From contig JBAYIC010000002.1 of the NCBI GenBank assembly GCA_041665845.1, forward strand, positions 221-64,220: a stretch of DNA of 64,000 nt. Direction: 5' to 3'. The notes below the pieces were generated by a model. The model worked only from the letters and a program-made list of their open reading frames with translations, was not told the origin of the DNA and searched no databases. Position 1 is the stretch's first letter. Each line of letters begins with the position of its first letter. The translations under genes and the position numbers were made by a program. Of this stretch, positions 47,612 through 57,452 are shown piece after piece. The DNA comes from Patescibacteria group bacterium. GTDB taxonomy: Bacteria > Patescibacteriota > Patescibacteriia > Patescibacteriales > UBA12465.

Positions 47612-48781
47612 ATGTTTGTTACAATCATTATATTTATTCTCGTTTTGTCGGTTTTGGTTTTTTCTCATGAACTTGGCCATTTTATTACCGCGAGACGTTT
47701 AGGAGTAAGAGCTGATGAATTTGGTTTTGGCTTTCCGCCTCGAGCGATTGGTTTTTATAAGAATAAAAACAATCGTTGGCGTAAAGTTATCGGGAGCCAA
47801 ACTTACGAGAGTTTAGAAGAAAGCAAGAATGAAAAAAATATTCCCGGGAAGGGAGTAACTATTTATTCAATTAACTGGTTGCCAATCGGTGGCTTTGTAA
47901 AAATAAAAGGAGAAAACGGTGACGGTCAAAATGATCAGGATAGTTTTGCAACCAAGAAAATTTGGCAAAGGATGTTTATCCTATCGGCGGGAGTAATCAT
48001 GAATATTGTTTTAGCCTGGGGTTTATTTGCAGTTGGTTATATGCTCGGGATGCCGCAATCAACGACTGAACTCGGTAAAAATGCACGTATTAGTGAATCG
48101 AGAGTAGCGATTGTTGAAGTACTTCCAGGTTCTCCGGCAGAAAAAGCCGGCTTGAAAGTAGGAGATTCTATTTTAACAATTGACGGCCAAAAAGTTGCTT
48201 TAGAGAGTGATGTTCAAGCTATTGTGGGCACCAAAGGCGGACAAGAGTTAACGGTTGTTCTAAGGGGTGAGAGTGGAGAAAGAACGATTAAACTTTCCCC
48301 GATTGATAATCCGACCGTTGCGGCCGGAAGAGCAACTATCGGTGTTAGTATTATGGCAGCTGGGACAGTTAGCTATCCTTTCTTTGATGCTTTAATTGAA
48401 GGCGCAAAAACAACCGGTTGGATGCTTAAAGAAATCGTTGTTGCTTTTGGAATGATGATTGGTAATTTATTTCAAGGTCAATCAGTTGGCGGTGATTTTG
48501 CCGGTCCGGTAGGGATAGCTAATATTACTGGCCAAGCGGCCCGTTTAGGTTTTGCTTATTTATTACAGTTTACAGCATTATTATCTTTAAATTTAGCCAT
48601 TATCAATATTTTACCTTTTCCGGCGCTTGATGGTGGTCGAATATTATTTTTGTTAGTTGAAAAAATAAAAGGTAAGCCGGTTCGTCGTGACGTGGAAGCA
48701 ATTATCCATAATATTGGTTTTATTCTGCTTATTACGTTAATAGTCTTTATTACTTATAAAGATATCGTTAAATTATTTTAA
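47612..48781 (+). CDS. rseP: Site-2 (RIP) zinc metalloprotease with PDZ domain
   Basis: HELGH, a PDZ domain (GSPAEKAGLKVGDSILTIDG), and NILPFPALDGGR. Confidence 0.9.
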   Translation: MFVTIIIFILVLSVLVFSHELGHFITARRLGVRADEFGFGFPPRAIGFYKNKNNRWRKVIGSQTYESLEESKNEKNIPGKGVTIYSINWLPIGGFVKIKGENGDGQNDQDSFATKKIWQRMFILSAGVIMNIVLAWGLFAVGYMLGMPQSTTELGKNARISESRVAIVEVLPGSPAEKAGLKVGDSILTIDGQKVALESDVQAIVGTKGGQELTVVLRGESGERTIKLSPIDNPTVAAGRATIGVSIMAAGTVSYPFFDALIEGAKTTGWMLKEIVVAFGMMIGNLFQGQSVGGDFAGPVGIANITGQAARLGFAYLLQFTALLSLNLAIINILPFPALDGGRILFLLVEKIKGKPVRRDVEAIIHNIGFILLITLIVFITYKDIVKLF

Positions 48782-48785
48782 ATAT

Positions 48786-49112
48786 ATGAATATCAACATT
48801 AGATCATCGCGGTTAGAAATAACTGAGGCTATTAAAAAGTATATTGAAGTCAAGATGGGAATGGTCGAAAAATATTTAGGTAAAAGTGTTAAAGTGATTA
48901 ATTTTGATTTTGAAATTGAAAAATCAGTCGGCGGACAACATAAAGGTGATATTTTTCGCGCTGAAGCAAATTTACAAGTTCCACAAGAAGTACTTAGAGT
49001 AGAAAAAACGGAAGCTGACATGTATAAAGCGATTGATAAAGTTAAAGATCATTTAGAGCTAGTGATTAAAAAATATAAAGAAAGATTGATTGATAAAAAA
49101 CGGGGGAAATAG
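48786..49112 (+). CDS. hpf: Ribosome hibernation factor (short HPF/RaiA)
   Basis: 108 aa. MNINIRSSRLEITEAIKKYIEVKM.. Confidence 0.85.
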   Translation: MNINIRSSRLEITEAIKKYIEVKMGMVEKYLGKSVKVINFDFEIEKSVGGQHKGDIFRAEANLQVPQEVLRVEKTEADMYKAIDKVKDHLELVIKKYKERLIDKKRGK

Positions 49113-49129
49113 ATTATTTCATAGGAACA

Positions 49130-49160
49130 AAAAGGCTCGAATTACAATCTCGGGCCTTTT
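49130..49160 (+). terminator. Rho-independent terminator after hpf
   Basis: AAAAGGCTCGA pairs with TCGGGCCTTTT (one G-U). The loop is 9 nt. Confidence 0.7.
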
Positions 49161-49165
49161 ATAAA

Positions 49166-49195
49166 AAAGAAGAAAATTTAGTTTTTTGCGTATTA
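49166..49195 (+). promoter_or_regulatory. ECF-type promoter candidate P3 (AAAGAAGAAA-N10-TTGCGTATTA)
   Basis: One of three copies of a bipartite motif. CGTATT at 49189-49194 lies 45 nt before ATG 49240. Confidence 0.6.
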
Positions 49196-49239
49196 TTAGG
49201 TATGAACAGTTTTGTTCAAAATTTAAATAATCAAAAATT

Positions 49240-49887
49240 ATGAAAAAAACCTTAATTTTCTCGGCTTTTTTGCTATTTTCTCTAGTTTTATTAACTGGTT
49301 GTGGTAATGGTGAAGCTAAGAATAATCAAACAACTGGAGATAAAACTGGGACTCCAACCGCTATCGAGGCAAATAATATTGGGCGCCCCGGTCGTAACAA
49401 TCAACCCGATTTTGGCCAACCGGAAAGAGCGGCTGATGTTCGAGGGATTGTAAAATCTATAGTTGGTAATGAGGCCAATATTTTAAAAATTGAAAGAGGA
49501 AATGGACGGGCTAGTTCGACTGAAGCAATGGCTGGTGGCTCAGAAAATAAGGCAGCCGTTTCTTTAACTCGTACACCCGGAGTACCAGCTGGAGGTCCCG
49601 GTGGCGGAATGGGAGGTGGAATGGGCGGTCCCGGTGGCGGAATGGGAGGCACTCAAGATGCTACTAGTCGCGCGGCTATGCTCGCTGCGCTGAAAGAAAT
49701 GAGTACCGGAGAAGAGAAAGTTATTATTCCGGTTGGGATAAAAATGTTGAAATCAAGTACTGATGGGACTAAACGAGAAATGGTAGAAGCTAATTTGAGT
49801 GATATTACTAATGATAAAATGATAACTATTTGGTTAAATCAATCAGTGACCGATAAAAAAGTTGCAGAATTTGTGCTTATTAATTAA
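49240..49887 (+). CDS. Lipoprotein with Gly/Met-rich low-complexity segment
   Basis: Lipobox LLTGC, plus GGPGGGMGGGMGGPGGGMGG. Confidence 0.65.
   Translation: MKKTLIFSAFLLFSLVLLTGCGNGEAKNNQTTGDKTGTPTAIEANNIGRPGRNNQPDFGQPERAADVRGIVKSIVGNEANILKIERGNGRASSTEAMAGGSENKAAVSLTRTPGVPAGGPGGGMGGGMGGPGGGMGGTQDATSRAAMLAALKEMSTGEEKVIIPVGIKMLKSSTDGTKREMVEANLSDITNDKMITIWLNQSVTDKKVAEFVLIN
49594..49649 (+). repeat. 33-nt-offset tandem duplication (23-nt identical cores)
   Basis: GGTCCCGGTGGCGGAATGGGAGG occurs at 49594-49616 and again at 49627-49649. Confidence 0.85.
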
Positions 49888-49895
49888 TTAAATCT

Positions 49896-51761
49896 ATGGC
49901 GCAGTCAATTTTAGAAGAAAGCAAAAAGGCAAAAGCTGGTTTCTGGGGTTTTTTCCGAACAAAGAAATTTTTAATTATTGTTGTTATAATATTGGCCGCC
50001 GCCGGAGTGAGTTATTATTTTTATAATAAGAGTACTGCTACTAAAATAATTATCGCCCAGCCTAAAAACTATACCGTTGTTAGGGAAGATTTAAAGATTG
50101 CCGTTTCCGCAACCGGTAAAGTAGTTGCTAAAGATGGAGTCGAATTATCATTTCCAGTTAGCGGTAATTTAGAAGTTAATAATGTTTATGTTAAAGAAGG
50201 CGATAAAATAAAAAAAGGCGATAAGATTGCCTCTGTTAAAACTGAAACTTTAGAATTTGAAATGCGTAATGCTTATTCTAGTTATCAATCCGCTTTAGCT
50301 AATTTTAATACTAAGAAACTCCCGGCAACAGGTAGCGAAATTGCTAAAGCAAAATCAACTATTGATCAAGCGCAAGTTTCTCTTGATCAAGCAAAAATAA
50401 GTCTTGAACAAACAAAAATAAATTCCGCCCAAAATATTTCTAACGCTGAAAGCGCCCTGCAAACAGCTAATGATAATTTACAATTAAATAAAGATACTAG
50501 CGATAGTGAGCTAGTACGCAGCGCTTATTCTGATTTAGTGGGAACAATAAAATCGGTGAATATTTCTTTGCAAAAAATATTGCGTGATTCTGATAGTATC
50601 CTTGGTATAGATGAGCAATCGATTAACGATGAATTTGAATTAGGGCTTGGGGCTAAAAATAGTTCTTCGCTAACGGAAGCTAGGAGCAGTTATATAAGTG
50701 CTAGAGCAGCTAGAGAAAAATTAGATAATAAAATAGTTACCCTAGATAGCAATAATACTTTTATTGTTGATTCAGTTGCGGCTGATGCTAAGACCACTTT
50801 ATCTTCTTTTCAGAATCATCTTTATAATATGCAAGTGATGTTAGATGCTAGCGTTATTTTCGTTGGCCTTTCTCAATCTAAACTTGATAGTTTTAAATCT
50901 AGTATCAGTACTAATCGCTCTGCAGTGAATTCCTCTATTTCCAGTCTTGATAATTCTATCCAAGCGATAACGGATGCTAAAAATAATCTGAAAAAATATC
51001 AGACGGCTTATGATAAAGCGGTTAATGATTTAGCAATCATTAAGAGTCAATCCCAACAAAATATTAACAATTCAGAAATTTCTGTAAAATCAAGGGAAAT
51101 ATCCCTAACTCAAACAAAAAATGATTATAATGATTTAATCGCACCGGTTAAAGAATCTGATTTAGCTTCAGCCCGCGCCCAGCTTACTTCGGCGGCAATT
51201 AGCGTTGATAAAGCTAAGTATAATTATAACCAAGCAACTTTAATCTCTCCGATTGATGGCGTTGTGGCTCTCTTGAATTATAAAAAAGGCGATATTATTT
51301 TGAGTGATAGTGCAAAAACTATGGCCTCAATAATTAATAATGAAACTTTGTATATTGAAGCAAATATTGAAGAGGCGGATATTAGTAAAATTAAAGTAGG
51401 CGATAAGGCGAGCGTAACTTTTGACGCGGTAGATGGCGTTAATTTAACTGGAGAAGTTAGTTTTATTTCTCTGACTTCAGAAACAAGCTCAAATGGAATA
51501 GTAACTTATTTAGTTAGAGTTTTATTAGCTAATACCGGGCCTAATCAAATTAGAGAAGGAATGACGGCGAGTATTGATTTTATTACCGCCGAAGCAAAAG
51601 ACGTTTTAGCTGTTCCGGTTGCGGCTGTGAGAAATATCGCTGGTAATCCTTCAGTAGAAATGGCTGATGGTAATTTGGCTACGGTTGTAACTGGATTCAC
51701 TGATGGTAAAAAAGCAGAAATTATTAGTGGGTTAAAAGAGGGCGATAAGATTCTTTATTAA
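49896..51761 (+). CDS. HlyD/MacA-family membrane-fusion (periplasmic adaptor) protein with very long helical hairpin
   Basis: TM anchor. Lipoyl-like halves (VKEGDKIKKGDKIA ... LISPIDGVV). Between them lie ~330 aa rich in Ala/Ser/Gln/Leu/Lys that I read as helical. 621 aa. Confidence 0.8.
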   Translation: MAQSILEESKKAKAGFWGFFRTKKFLIIVVIILAAAGVSYYFYNKSTATKIIIAQPKNYTVVREDLKIAVSATGKVVAKDGVELSFPVSGNLEVNNVYVKEGDKIKKGDKIASVKTETLEFEMRNAYSSYQSALANFNTKKLPATGSEIAKAKSTIDQAQVSLDQAKISLEQTKINSAQNISNAESALQTANDNLQLNKDTSDSELVRSAYSDLVGTIKSVNISLQKILRDSDSILGIDEQSINDEFELGLGAKNSSSLTEARSSYISARAAREKLDNKIVTLDSNNTFIVDSVAADAKTTLSSFQNHLYNMQVMLDASVIFVGLSQSKLDSFKSSISTNRSAVNSSISSLDNSIQAITDAKNNLKKYQTAYDKAVNDLAIIKSQSQQNINNSEISVKSREISLTQTKNDYNDLIAPVKESDLASARAQLTSAAISVDKAKYNYNQATLISPIDGVVALLNYKKGDIILSDSAKTMASIINNETLYIEANIEEADISKIKVGDKASVTFDAVDGVNLTGEVSFISLTSETSSNGIVTYLVRVLLANTGPNQIREGMTASIDFITAEAKDVLAVPVAAVRNIAGNPSVEMADGNLATVVTGFTDGKKAEIISGLKEGDKILY

Positions 51762-51762
51762 T

Positions 51763-52485
51763 ATGCATAATATTAATATAAATAATTTAGCGATAAAAAT
51801 GGAGAACGCTTATAAGTCGTATTATCTTTCTAATAGCGAAGAAATCCCAGTTTTGAAAGGAATAAATCTCGAAATTAAAAAGGGAGAATTTGTAGCGATT
51901 ATGGGCGAGTCCGGCGGCGGTAAAACTACTCTTTTAAATATTATCGGTTGTTTGCACCCCCTAAGTTCTGGAAAATATTTTTTAGATGGTGAAAACATTG
52001 GCGAAGTCAGAGATGATTTTACGTTGGCATATATTAGAAACAAGAAAATGGGTTTTGTTTTCCAACAATTTAATCTATTTTCCCGTTTCTCTGCTTTGAA
52101 GAATGTAATTTTGCCGGCGATTTATGCCGGTACTGCGGCTCCAGAAAGGGAAGAAAGGGCCAAAGAACTTCTTAAATCGGTCGGGATGGAAACTCGATTA
52201 AACCATAAACCGACCGAGCTCTCAGGTGGTCAGCAGCAGCGTGTTGCTATTTGTCGCTCTTTGATTAATAATCCAGAAATCATTTTAGCTGATGAACCGA
52301 CCGGAGCACTTGATTCCAAGTCTGGTATTGAGGTAATGGAAATTTTTACCAAATTTAAGAACCAAGGTAAAACCGTTATTATGGTTACTCATACCGCCGA
52401 AGTTGCTAAATATGCCGATAGAATTATTTATTTGCGCGATGGGCAGGTTATAGATAATAATTATAAACTCAAAGGAAATTATTAA
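51763..52485 (+). CDS. ABC transporter ATP-binding protein (MacB/LolD type)
   Basis: Walker A GESGGGKTT, signature LSGGQQQRVAICR, Walker B ILADEPTGALD. Confidence 0.95.
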   Translation: MHNININNLAIKMENAYKSYYLSNSEEIPVLKGINLEIKKGEFVAIMGESGGGKTTLLNIIGCLHPLSSGKYFLDGENIGEVRDDFTLAYIRNKKMGFVFQQFNLFSRFSALKNVILPAIYAGTAAPEREERAKELLKSVGMETRLNHKPTELSGGQQQRVAICRSLINNPEIILADEPTGALDSKSGIEVMEIFTKFKNQGKTVIMVTHTAEVAKYADRIIYLRDGQVIDNNYKLKGNY

Positions 52486-52495
52486 AATTAATATT

Positions 52496-53692
52496 ATGAA
52501 TCTGGAAATAGTAAAGATGGCCTTTGAATCATTACTAGCCAAGAAGACTAGAACTTTTTTGTCGATGCTCGGAATTATTATTGGTGTAGCAACAGTGATT
52601 GCTGTTTTTGCGGTTGGTAAAGGTGCTCAAGATTCGGTTAATTCTCAATTTCGTAATTTAAGTGCTAATTCCATTATTGTTATGCCTAATCGCGGTCGCG
52701 GTTTTACTTCTAGCTCTAAATTAAAAACTGCTGATGCCGCCTTACTTCTTAAGGCCGATCATATTGCTTCGGCGGCCGGAGCCGTACAAGGCAACGCTAG
52801 CGTTTCCCATGGCTCAGTTGATAAAAGCTATAGCGTAGTCGGTGCAGATCAAAATTTTCTAGCGATATCTAGTCTCGTAGTTCAGTCAGGTAGAGGAATT
52901 GAAGAGGCCGATGTTTCTAGTAAGGGGATGGTAGCAGTAATCGGTAGTACGGTCGCAAATGATTTATTTGTAAATGATGAAAACCCAATTGGAAATTCAA
53001 TTAATGTTGGAAATCGCAAGGTTGAAGTAGTTGGTGTTTTAAAAAAACTTGGTTCAAGAGTCGGAATGATTTCAGTCGATGAAGCAGTTATTATTCCTAG
53101 CAGTACGGCTGAAAAAAGTATTCTGGGCGAAAGAGGACAAGTTATTATTACTACTACAGTAGATAATGTTGATAATACTTCACTAGCTACAACCAGCATC
53201 TCGGCTATTTTAAGAACGGAACATAAATTAAAAGTTAGCCAAGAGGATGATTTTAGAATTATGGATGCCGGTAGTATGGTTTCAGCCGCTCAAGAATCAG
53301 CTAAAACTTTAACTACTTTATTAACCGCGATCGCCGCTATTACTTTGCTTGTTTCAGGAATCGGAATCATGAATGTAATGTTTGTAACGGTCGCCGAAAG
53401 AACAAAAGAAATTGGTATCGCGAAAGCGATTGGGGGGAAGCGCTCCGATATTCTAGGACAGTTTTTATTAGAATCTGTTATTTTATCAATGGTAGGAGGC
53501 ATAATCGGCATGATTATCGGCCAAGGAGCCATACCGATTATTACCTATTTTAATCTCATTTCGATGACTAGTTCAGCAACCGGACCAATTCTTGGATTTA
53601 CTTTTTCAGTTTTAGTCGGTGTATTTTTCGGTTTTTACCCGGCCTATAAGGCGAGTCGTTTAGATCCGGTTGATGCTTTAAGGAGTGAATAA
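52496..53692 (+). CDS. ABC transporter permease (MacB/FtsX type)
   Basis: N-terminal TM, large extracytoplasmic domain and C-terminal FtsX-like 3-TM bundle (ERTKEIGIAKAIGGKR). Confidence 0.9.
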   Translation: MNLEIVKMAFESLLAKKTRTFLSMLGIIIGVATVIAVFAVGKGAQDSVNSQFRNLSANSIIVMPNRGRGFTSSSKLKTADAALLLKADHIASAAGAVQGNASVSHGSVDKSYSVVGADQNFLAISSLVVQSGRGIEEADVSSKGMVAVIGSTVANDLFVNDENPIGNSINVGNRKVEVVGVLKKLGSRVGMISVDEAVIIPSSTAEKSILGERGQVIITTTVDNVDNTSLATTSISAILRTEHKLKVSQEDDFRIMDAGSMVSAAQESAKTLTTLLTAIAAITLLVSGIGIMNVMFVTVAERTKEIGIAKAIGGKRSDILGQFLLESVILSMVGGIIGMIIGQGAIPIITYFNLISMTSSATGPILGFTFSVLVGVFFGFYPAYKASRLDPVDALRSE

Positions 53693-53786
53693 TTTGGTTA
53701 TTAGACTAATACCCCAGTTAATATTGAAATAATATCGTTTTTGTATTAAGATGACTGCATTAGCTTAATAACTAATTAAGAAATAT

Positions 53787-55181
53787 ATGGGTTATACTGA
53801 TATGAAATTATTACACCGAGAAACTGCTAAATATCTAGGTCAAGAGATTAAAATTGGCTCCTGGGTTAGAACAGTTCGCAGTTCTAAGGATTTTGGTTTT
53901 ATTGAAGTAAATGATGGGACTTTTTTTAAAGGCTTACAAGTTGTTTTTGATAATAATTTAGAGAATTTTAGTGAAATAGAAAAATTAACGATTGGTTCTG
54001 CTTTGGAAATAAGTGGTGTTTTGGCGGAATCCCCCGCTGCTGGTCAAGCCTTTGAACTTAAAGCAAAAAAAATAGAAATCATTAATTTGGCTGAGGCTGA
54101 TTATCCTTTACAAAAAAAGAGCCATAGCTTTGAATTTTTAAGAACTATTGCTCATCTGCGTGGACGTAGTAATACTTTTTCCGCAGTTTTTCGTCTGCGT
54201 TCCGCTTTAAGTTTCGCAATCCATAAATTTTTTCAAGAGGAGGGCTTTTCTTATATCCATACGCCAATAATTTCCGGAAGTGATGCTGAAGGCGCGGGAG
54301 AAATGTTTAATATCACAACGCTTGATTTAAAGAAAGGCGCCCCTAAATTACCATCTGGCGAAGTCGATTATGCTCAAGATTTTTTTGGTAAGAAAGTTGG
54401 TTTAACCGTTAGTGGTCAACTTGAAGCGGAGGCATTAGTCATGGGACTAAATCGAGTTTATACTTTTGGGCCAACCTTTAGAGCCGAAAACTCTAATACT
54501 ACTCGTCATGCTTGTGAATTTTGGATGATGGAGCCGGAAATGGCTTTTGCTGATTTAAATGATGATATGAATTTGGCTGAAAAAATGATTAAATATTTAA
54601 TTGCTTATATTTTGAAGGAACTCCCGGAAGAAATGGAGTTTTTTAATAAGTTTATCGATACGGGATTAATGGAAAAATTAAATAATATTTTAAATTCTGA
54701 TTTTGTGCGCCTTCCTTATACCGAAGCAATCGATTTATTAATTAAGAGTGGCGAGAAGTTTGCTTATCCAGTTTCTTGGGGTATAGATTTGCAAACTGAG
54801 CATGAAAGATATATTACCGAAAAGATTTTTGGCAAACCGGTTTTCTTAACTGATTATCCTAAAGATATTAAGGCTTTTTACATGCGTCAAAATGATGACG
54901 GGAAAACCGTTGCGGCAATGGATTTGCTTGTTCCGGGAATTGGAGAAATTATCGGTGGTAGCCAAAGGGAAGAACGTCTTGACTTTCTGGAGAATCGCAT
55001 TAAGGAGCTAAACATGAAAATAGAAGATTATTCTTGGTATCTAGATACCAGAAAATACGGATCGATGAAACATGCCGGGTTTGGGCTTGGTTTTGAAAGA
55101 GCGATTATGTATTTTTCTGGCATGGCCAATATTAGAGATGTTATTCCTTTTCCAAGAACACCAAAAAACGCTGAGTTCTAG
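53787..55181 (+). CDS. asnS: Asparaginyl-tRNA synthetase
   Basis: OB-fold N-terminus. Class IIb motifs [21 protein letters not shown] and [12 protein letters not shown]. An alternative start lies at 53802. Confidence 0.9.
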   Translation: MGYTDMKLLHRETAKYLGQEIKIGSWVRTVRSSKDFGFIEVNDGTFFKGLQVVFDNNLENFSEIEKLTIGSALEISGVLAESPAAGQAFELKAKKIEIINLAEADYPLQKKSHSFEFLRTIAHLRGRSNTFSAVFRLRSALSFAIHKFFQEEGFSYIHTPIISGSDAEGAGEMFNITTLDLKKGAPKLPSGEVDYAQDFFGKKVGLTVSGQLEAEALVMGLNRVYTFGPTFRAENSNTTRHACEFWMMEPEMAFADLNDDMNLAEKMIKYLIAYILKELPEEMEFFNKFIDTGLMEKLNNILNSDFVRLPYTEAIDLLIKSGEKFAYPVSWGIDLQTEHERYITEKIFGKPVFLTDYPKDIKAFYMRQNDDGKTVAAMDLLVPGIGEIIGGSQREERLDFLENRIKELNMKIEDYSWYLDTRKYGSMKHAGFGLGFERAIMYFSGMANIRDVIPFPRTPKNAEF

Positions 55182-55219
55182 AAGAGGGAGAGTATAACAT
55201 TAAAAAGAGCTAAATTTGA

Positions 55220-55235
55220 AAATCGGACAACTGAA
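55220..55235 (-). repeat. Dispersed 16-mer copy D (reverse complement)
   Basis: Exact reverse complement, intergenic after asnS. The flank AAAAAGAGCTA also matches the Bro-N ORF region 22826-22836. Confidence 0.95.
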
Positions 55236-55301
55236 AACCTGATTAGGCTTATATTAAATAAATTATAAATTTATATTGTTGAACTTTTAAAATGATTAGT
55301 C

Positions 55302-55619
55302 ATGAGTGAAAAAACGTATTGGTTTGTAGAGCCAGAAGATGCCCATACAAACGGGATTATAGCCAGAAGTTTATTGGAACTTTCGCAGCTGGATGAAAAT
55401 GTATCTTTAACCGATGTTGATGGTCATAGCCATTCGGTTTTCCGGGTAGAAAATTACGCTTTTGTTAATCGCTTGTACAAAGATCAGACAAAATTTCTCT
55501 TGAAGTTTAAAGTCTTTTCTCAACAAGGGAAAAACGCTAAGCTTCGGCTTTGGACTCTGGGCATTAGAAAGCCAACACTTAAGTTGAAGGCTAAGTCTAA
55601 ATCGAAAGTAAAGATTTAA
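55302..55619 (+). CDS. Hypothetical protein with Lys-rich tail
   Basis: 105 aa with no TM. C-terminus KPTLKLKAKSKSKVKI. A terminator follows. Confidence 0.5.
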   Translation: MSEKTYWFVEPEDAHTNGIIARSLLELSQLDENVSLTDVDGHSHSVFRVENYAFVNRLYKDQTKFLLKFKVFSQQGKNAKLRLWTLGIRKPTLKLKAKSKSKVKI

Positions 55620-55632
55620 TAATTATGGTAAC

Positions 55633-55660
55633 AAGGAGGCTAATCAGTCTCCTTTTGTTT
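55633..55660 (+). terminator. Rho-independent terminator
   Basis: AAGGAGGCT pairs with AGTCTCCTT (9 bp, one G-U). The loop is 4 nt, followed by a T-run. Confidence 0.7.
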
Positions 55661-55702
55661 TTGCATTTTGTTTTTACCCGCTTTTTCTGCTAGAATTTAA
55701 AT

Positions 55703-56470
55703 ATGATGTTAAATAATCTTAAAAAGAAACGTCTAGCGTTTCTAGTGGTATATATTCCTCTCGCTTGTTTGTTGGTTTATTTTTGGCGACCAATCTATTT
55801 AATTTCAATCATTGTTGTTTTGGTTCCACCAGCTATTTTAAATTTTCTTTGGCTTAAAAAATCACATTTTAAAATATTATTTTTTGCGCTTGTTACAACT
55901 ATATTATTTGCGCCGCCGGTTGAGCTTGCTGCTCGCCTAGCTAATGCTTGGGACGTCCAATCAATTTTACCGCGATTATTCGGAATTGCGCCGCTTGAAA
56001 ATATTTTATTTGCTTTTTTAAATTTCTTCTGGGTTCTTTGTTTTTATGAATATTTTATTGATAAAGATTTAAGTTATAAAATTTCTAAACGTTTACGTTT
56101 GATAATTTTAGGTTATTGTCTTTTAGCACTTATCATCTTTTCTTTATATTTTATTAATCCGGGATTAGTAACAATTAATTATTCACTCCTAGCTTTGATT
56201 ATTTTAATTGTTCCAGGAATAATAATTTTTTATCTTAACCCTAAAATACTCAAAAAAACTTGGCTTCCAACTTTATTTTTTGCCTATGTTTTTTTCTTGT
56301 ATGAAGTCATTTCTTTAATTATCGGTTCTTGGTGGTGGCCGGGCGAGTATCTCTGGCCGATAAATTTAGCCGGGAAAGTTTTTCCGCTCGATGATGTGAT
56401 TATTTGGTATTTGCTTTCAACACCGGTATTAATTGGCGGTTATGAATTTTTTGTTGATGATAATAAATAA
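55703..56470 (+). CDS. Polytopic membrane protein, possibly lycopene-cyclase-domain family
   Basis: About 7 TM helices. Two PLE/PLD-type motifs (APLENILFAF; FPLDDVIIWYL) resemble the duplicated CrtYc/Yd motif. Confidence 0.45.
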   Translation: MMLNNLKKKRLAFLVVYIPLACLLVYFWRPIYLISIIVVLVPPAILNFLWLKKSHFKILFFALVTTILFAPPVELAARLANAWDVQSILPRLFGIAPLENILFAFLNFFWVLCFYEYFIDKDLSYKISKRLRLIILGYCLLALIIFSLYFINPGLVTINYSLLALIILIVPGIIIFYLNPKILKKTWLPTLFFAYVFFLYEVISLIIGSWWWPGEYLWPINLAGKVFPLDDVIIWYLLSTPVLIGGYEFFVDDNK

Positions 56471-56482
56471 AAATATAAAAAT

Positions 56483-57361
56483 ATGGAAGCTAGAGTTATA
56501 AAAATTATTACGCCAAAAAATATCGCTTTGCACGGTTTTATTTTTAGCTCTAAGCGCGTAAAGACGATTTATATTTTTCTTCACGGCTTGAGTGGAAATC
56601 TTTTTTCGCGTATTGCTTTAGCAGAGAAAATGGTAGCTGATGGGGCAACGGTCATGGTTTTTAATAATCGCGGATTTGGCTTGATTAATCAATTTAGAAA
56701 AATTAACCCGCGCCAACCAGATGAATATGAATCACTCGTAATTGGCCAAGCACATGAAGTTTTTGAAGATTGCGTTGATGATATAGATGGCGCGATAAAT
56801 ACCGCATTGAATCTTGGCTATAAGAAAGTTATTTTAGTCGGGCATTCAACTGGCTGTAATAAAGCGGCTTATTATCTTTCCCAGAAAAATCCTACTTGTA
56901 TTACCGGTGCTATTCTTTTAGCACCGATGAGCGATTATGCTGATGGTATAAAATTTACTGATCCTAAAATATTTAACCGAGCCCTGAAAGAAGCAAAAAG
57001 ATTAATTGCGGCTGGAAAACCGGGAGCACTTTTACCAGCCGACTATTGGAGCCGACCAATCGATGCTCAAAGATTTATCAGTTTATTTACACCGGAAAGT
57101 AAAGAAGAAATGTTTAGTTATGCGGTTCCTGATAAAAAACCGATAATTTTACAAAAAATTAAAAAACCATTTTTAGTGGTTCTTGCGGGAGAGGATCAAT
57201 TCACTGATAGGCCAATGAAAGATGTTTTCGCTTGGTTTAAGAAAGCTTTGATAGGAAAACAGGCCGGACCTTTAATGATTAAAAAATCGCTTCACAGCTT
57301 TACGGGCTACGAAGCAAAAGTAAAAAATATTATTTTTGATTTTGTAAAAAAATTGAAATAG
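56483..57361 (+). CDS. Alpha/beta hydrolase
   Basis: Nucleophile elbow GHSTG and oxyanion region LHGLSGN. Confidence 0.75.
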   Translation: MEARVIKIITPKNIALHGFIFSSKRVKTIYIFLHGLSGNLFSRIALAEKMVADGATVMVFNNRGFGLINQFRKINPRQPDEYESLVIGQAHEVFEDCVDDIDGAINTALNLGYKKVILVGHSTGCNKAAYYLSQKNPTCITGAILLAPMSDYADGIKFTDPKIFNRALKEAKRLIAAGKPGALLPADYWSRPIDAQRFISLFTPESKEEMFSYAVPDKKPIILQKIKKPFLVVLAGEDQFTDRPMKDVFAWFKKALIGKQAGPLMIKKSLHSFTGYEAKVKNIIFDFVKKLK

Positions 57362-57374
57362 AGAAGCATCTCAA

Positions 57375-57390
57375 TTCAGTTGTCCGATTT
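57375..57390 (+). repeat. Dispersed 16-mer copy E
   Basis: Exact 16-mer between the convergent hydrolase and greA genes. Confidence 0.95.
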
Positions 57391-57452
57391 TAGAAAACCA
57401 TCAAAAATGTGATAGTTTATTCCCGACCGTCAATACCGTCGATATTTGCTAT

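Noticed and set aside
49202-49243. A 13-codon upstream ORF (MNSFVQNLNNQKL) has its TGA overlapping the ATG of the lipoprotein gene.
   Set aside because: Short AT-rich ORFs of this size arise readily by chance. There is no conservation or peptide-motif evidence. It would only be worth revisiting if ribosome-profiling or comparative data existed.
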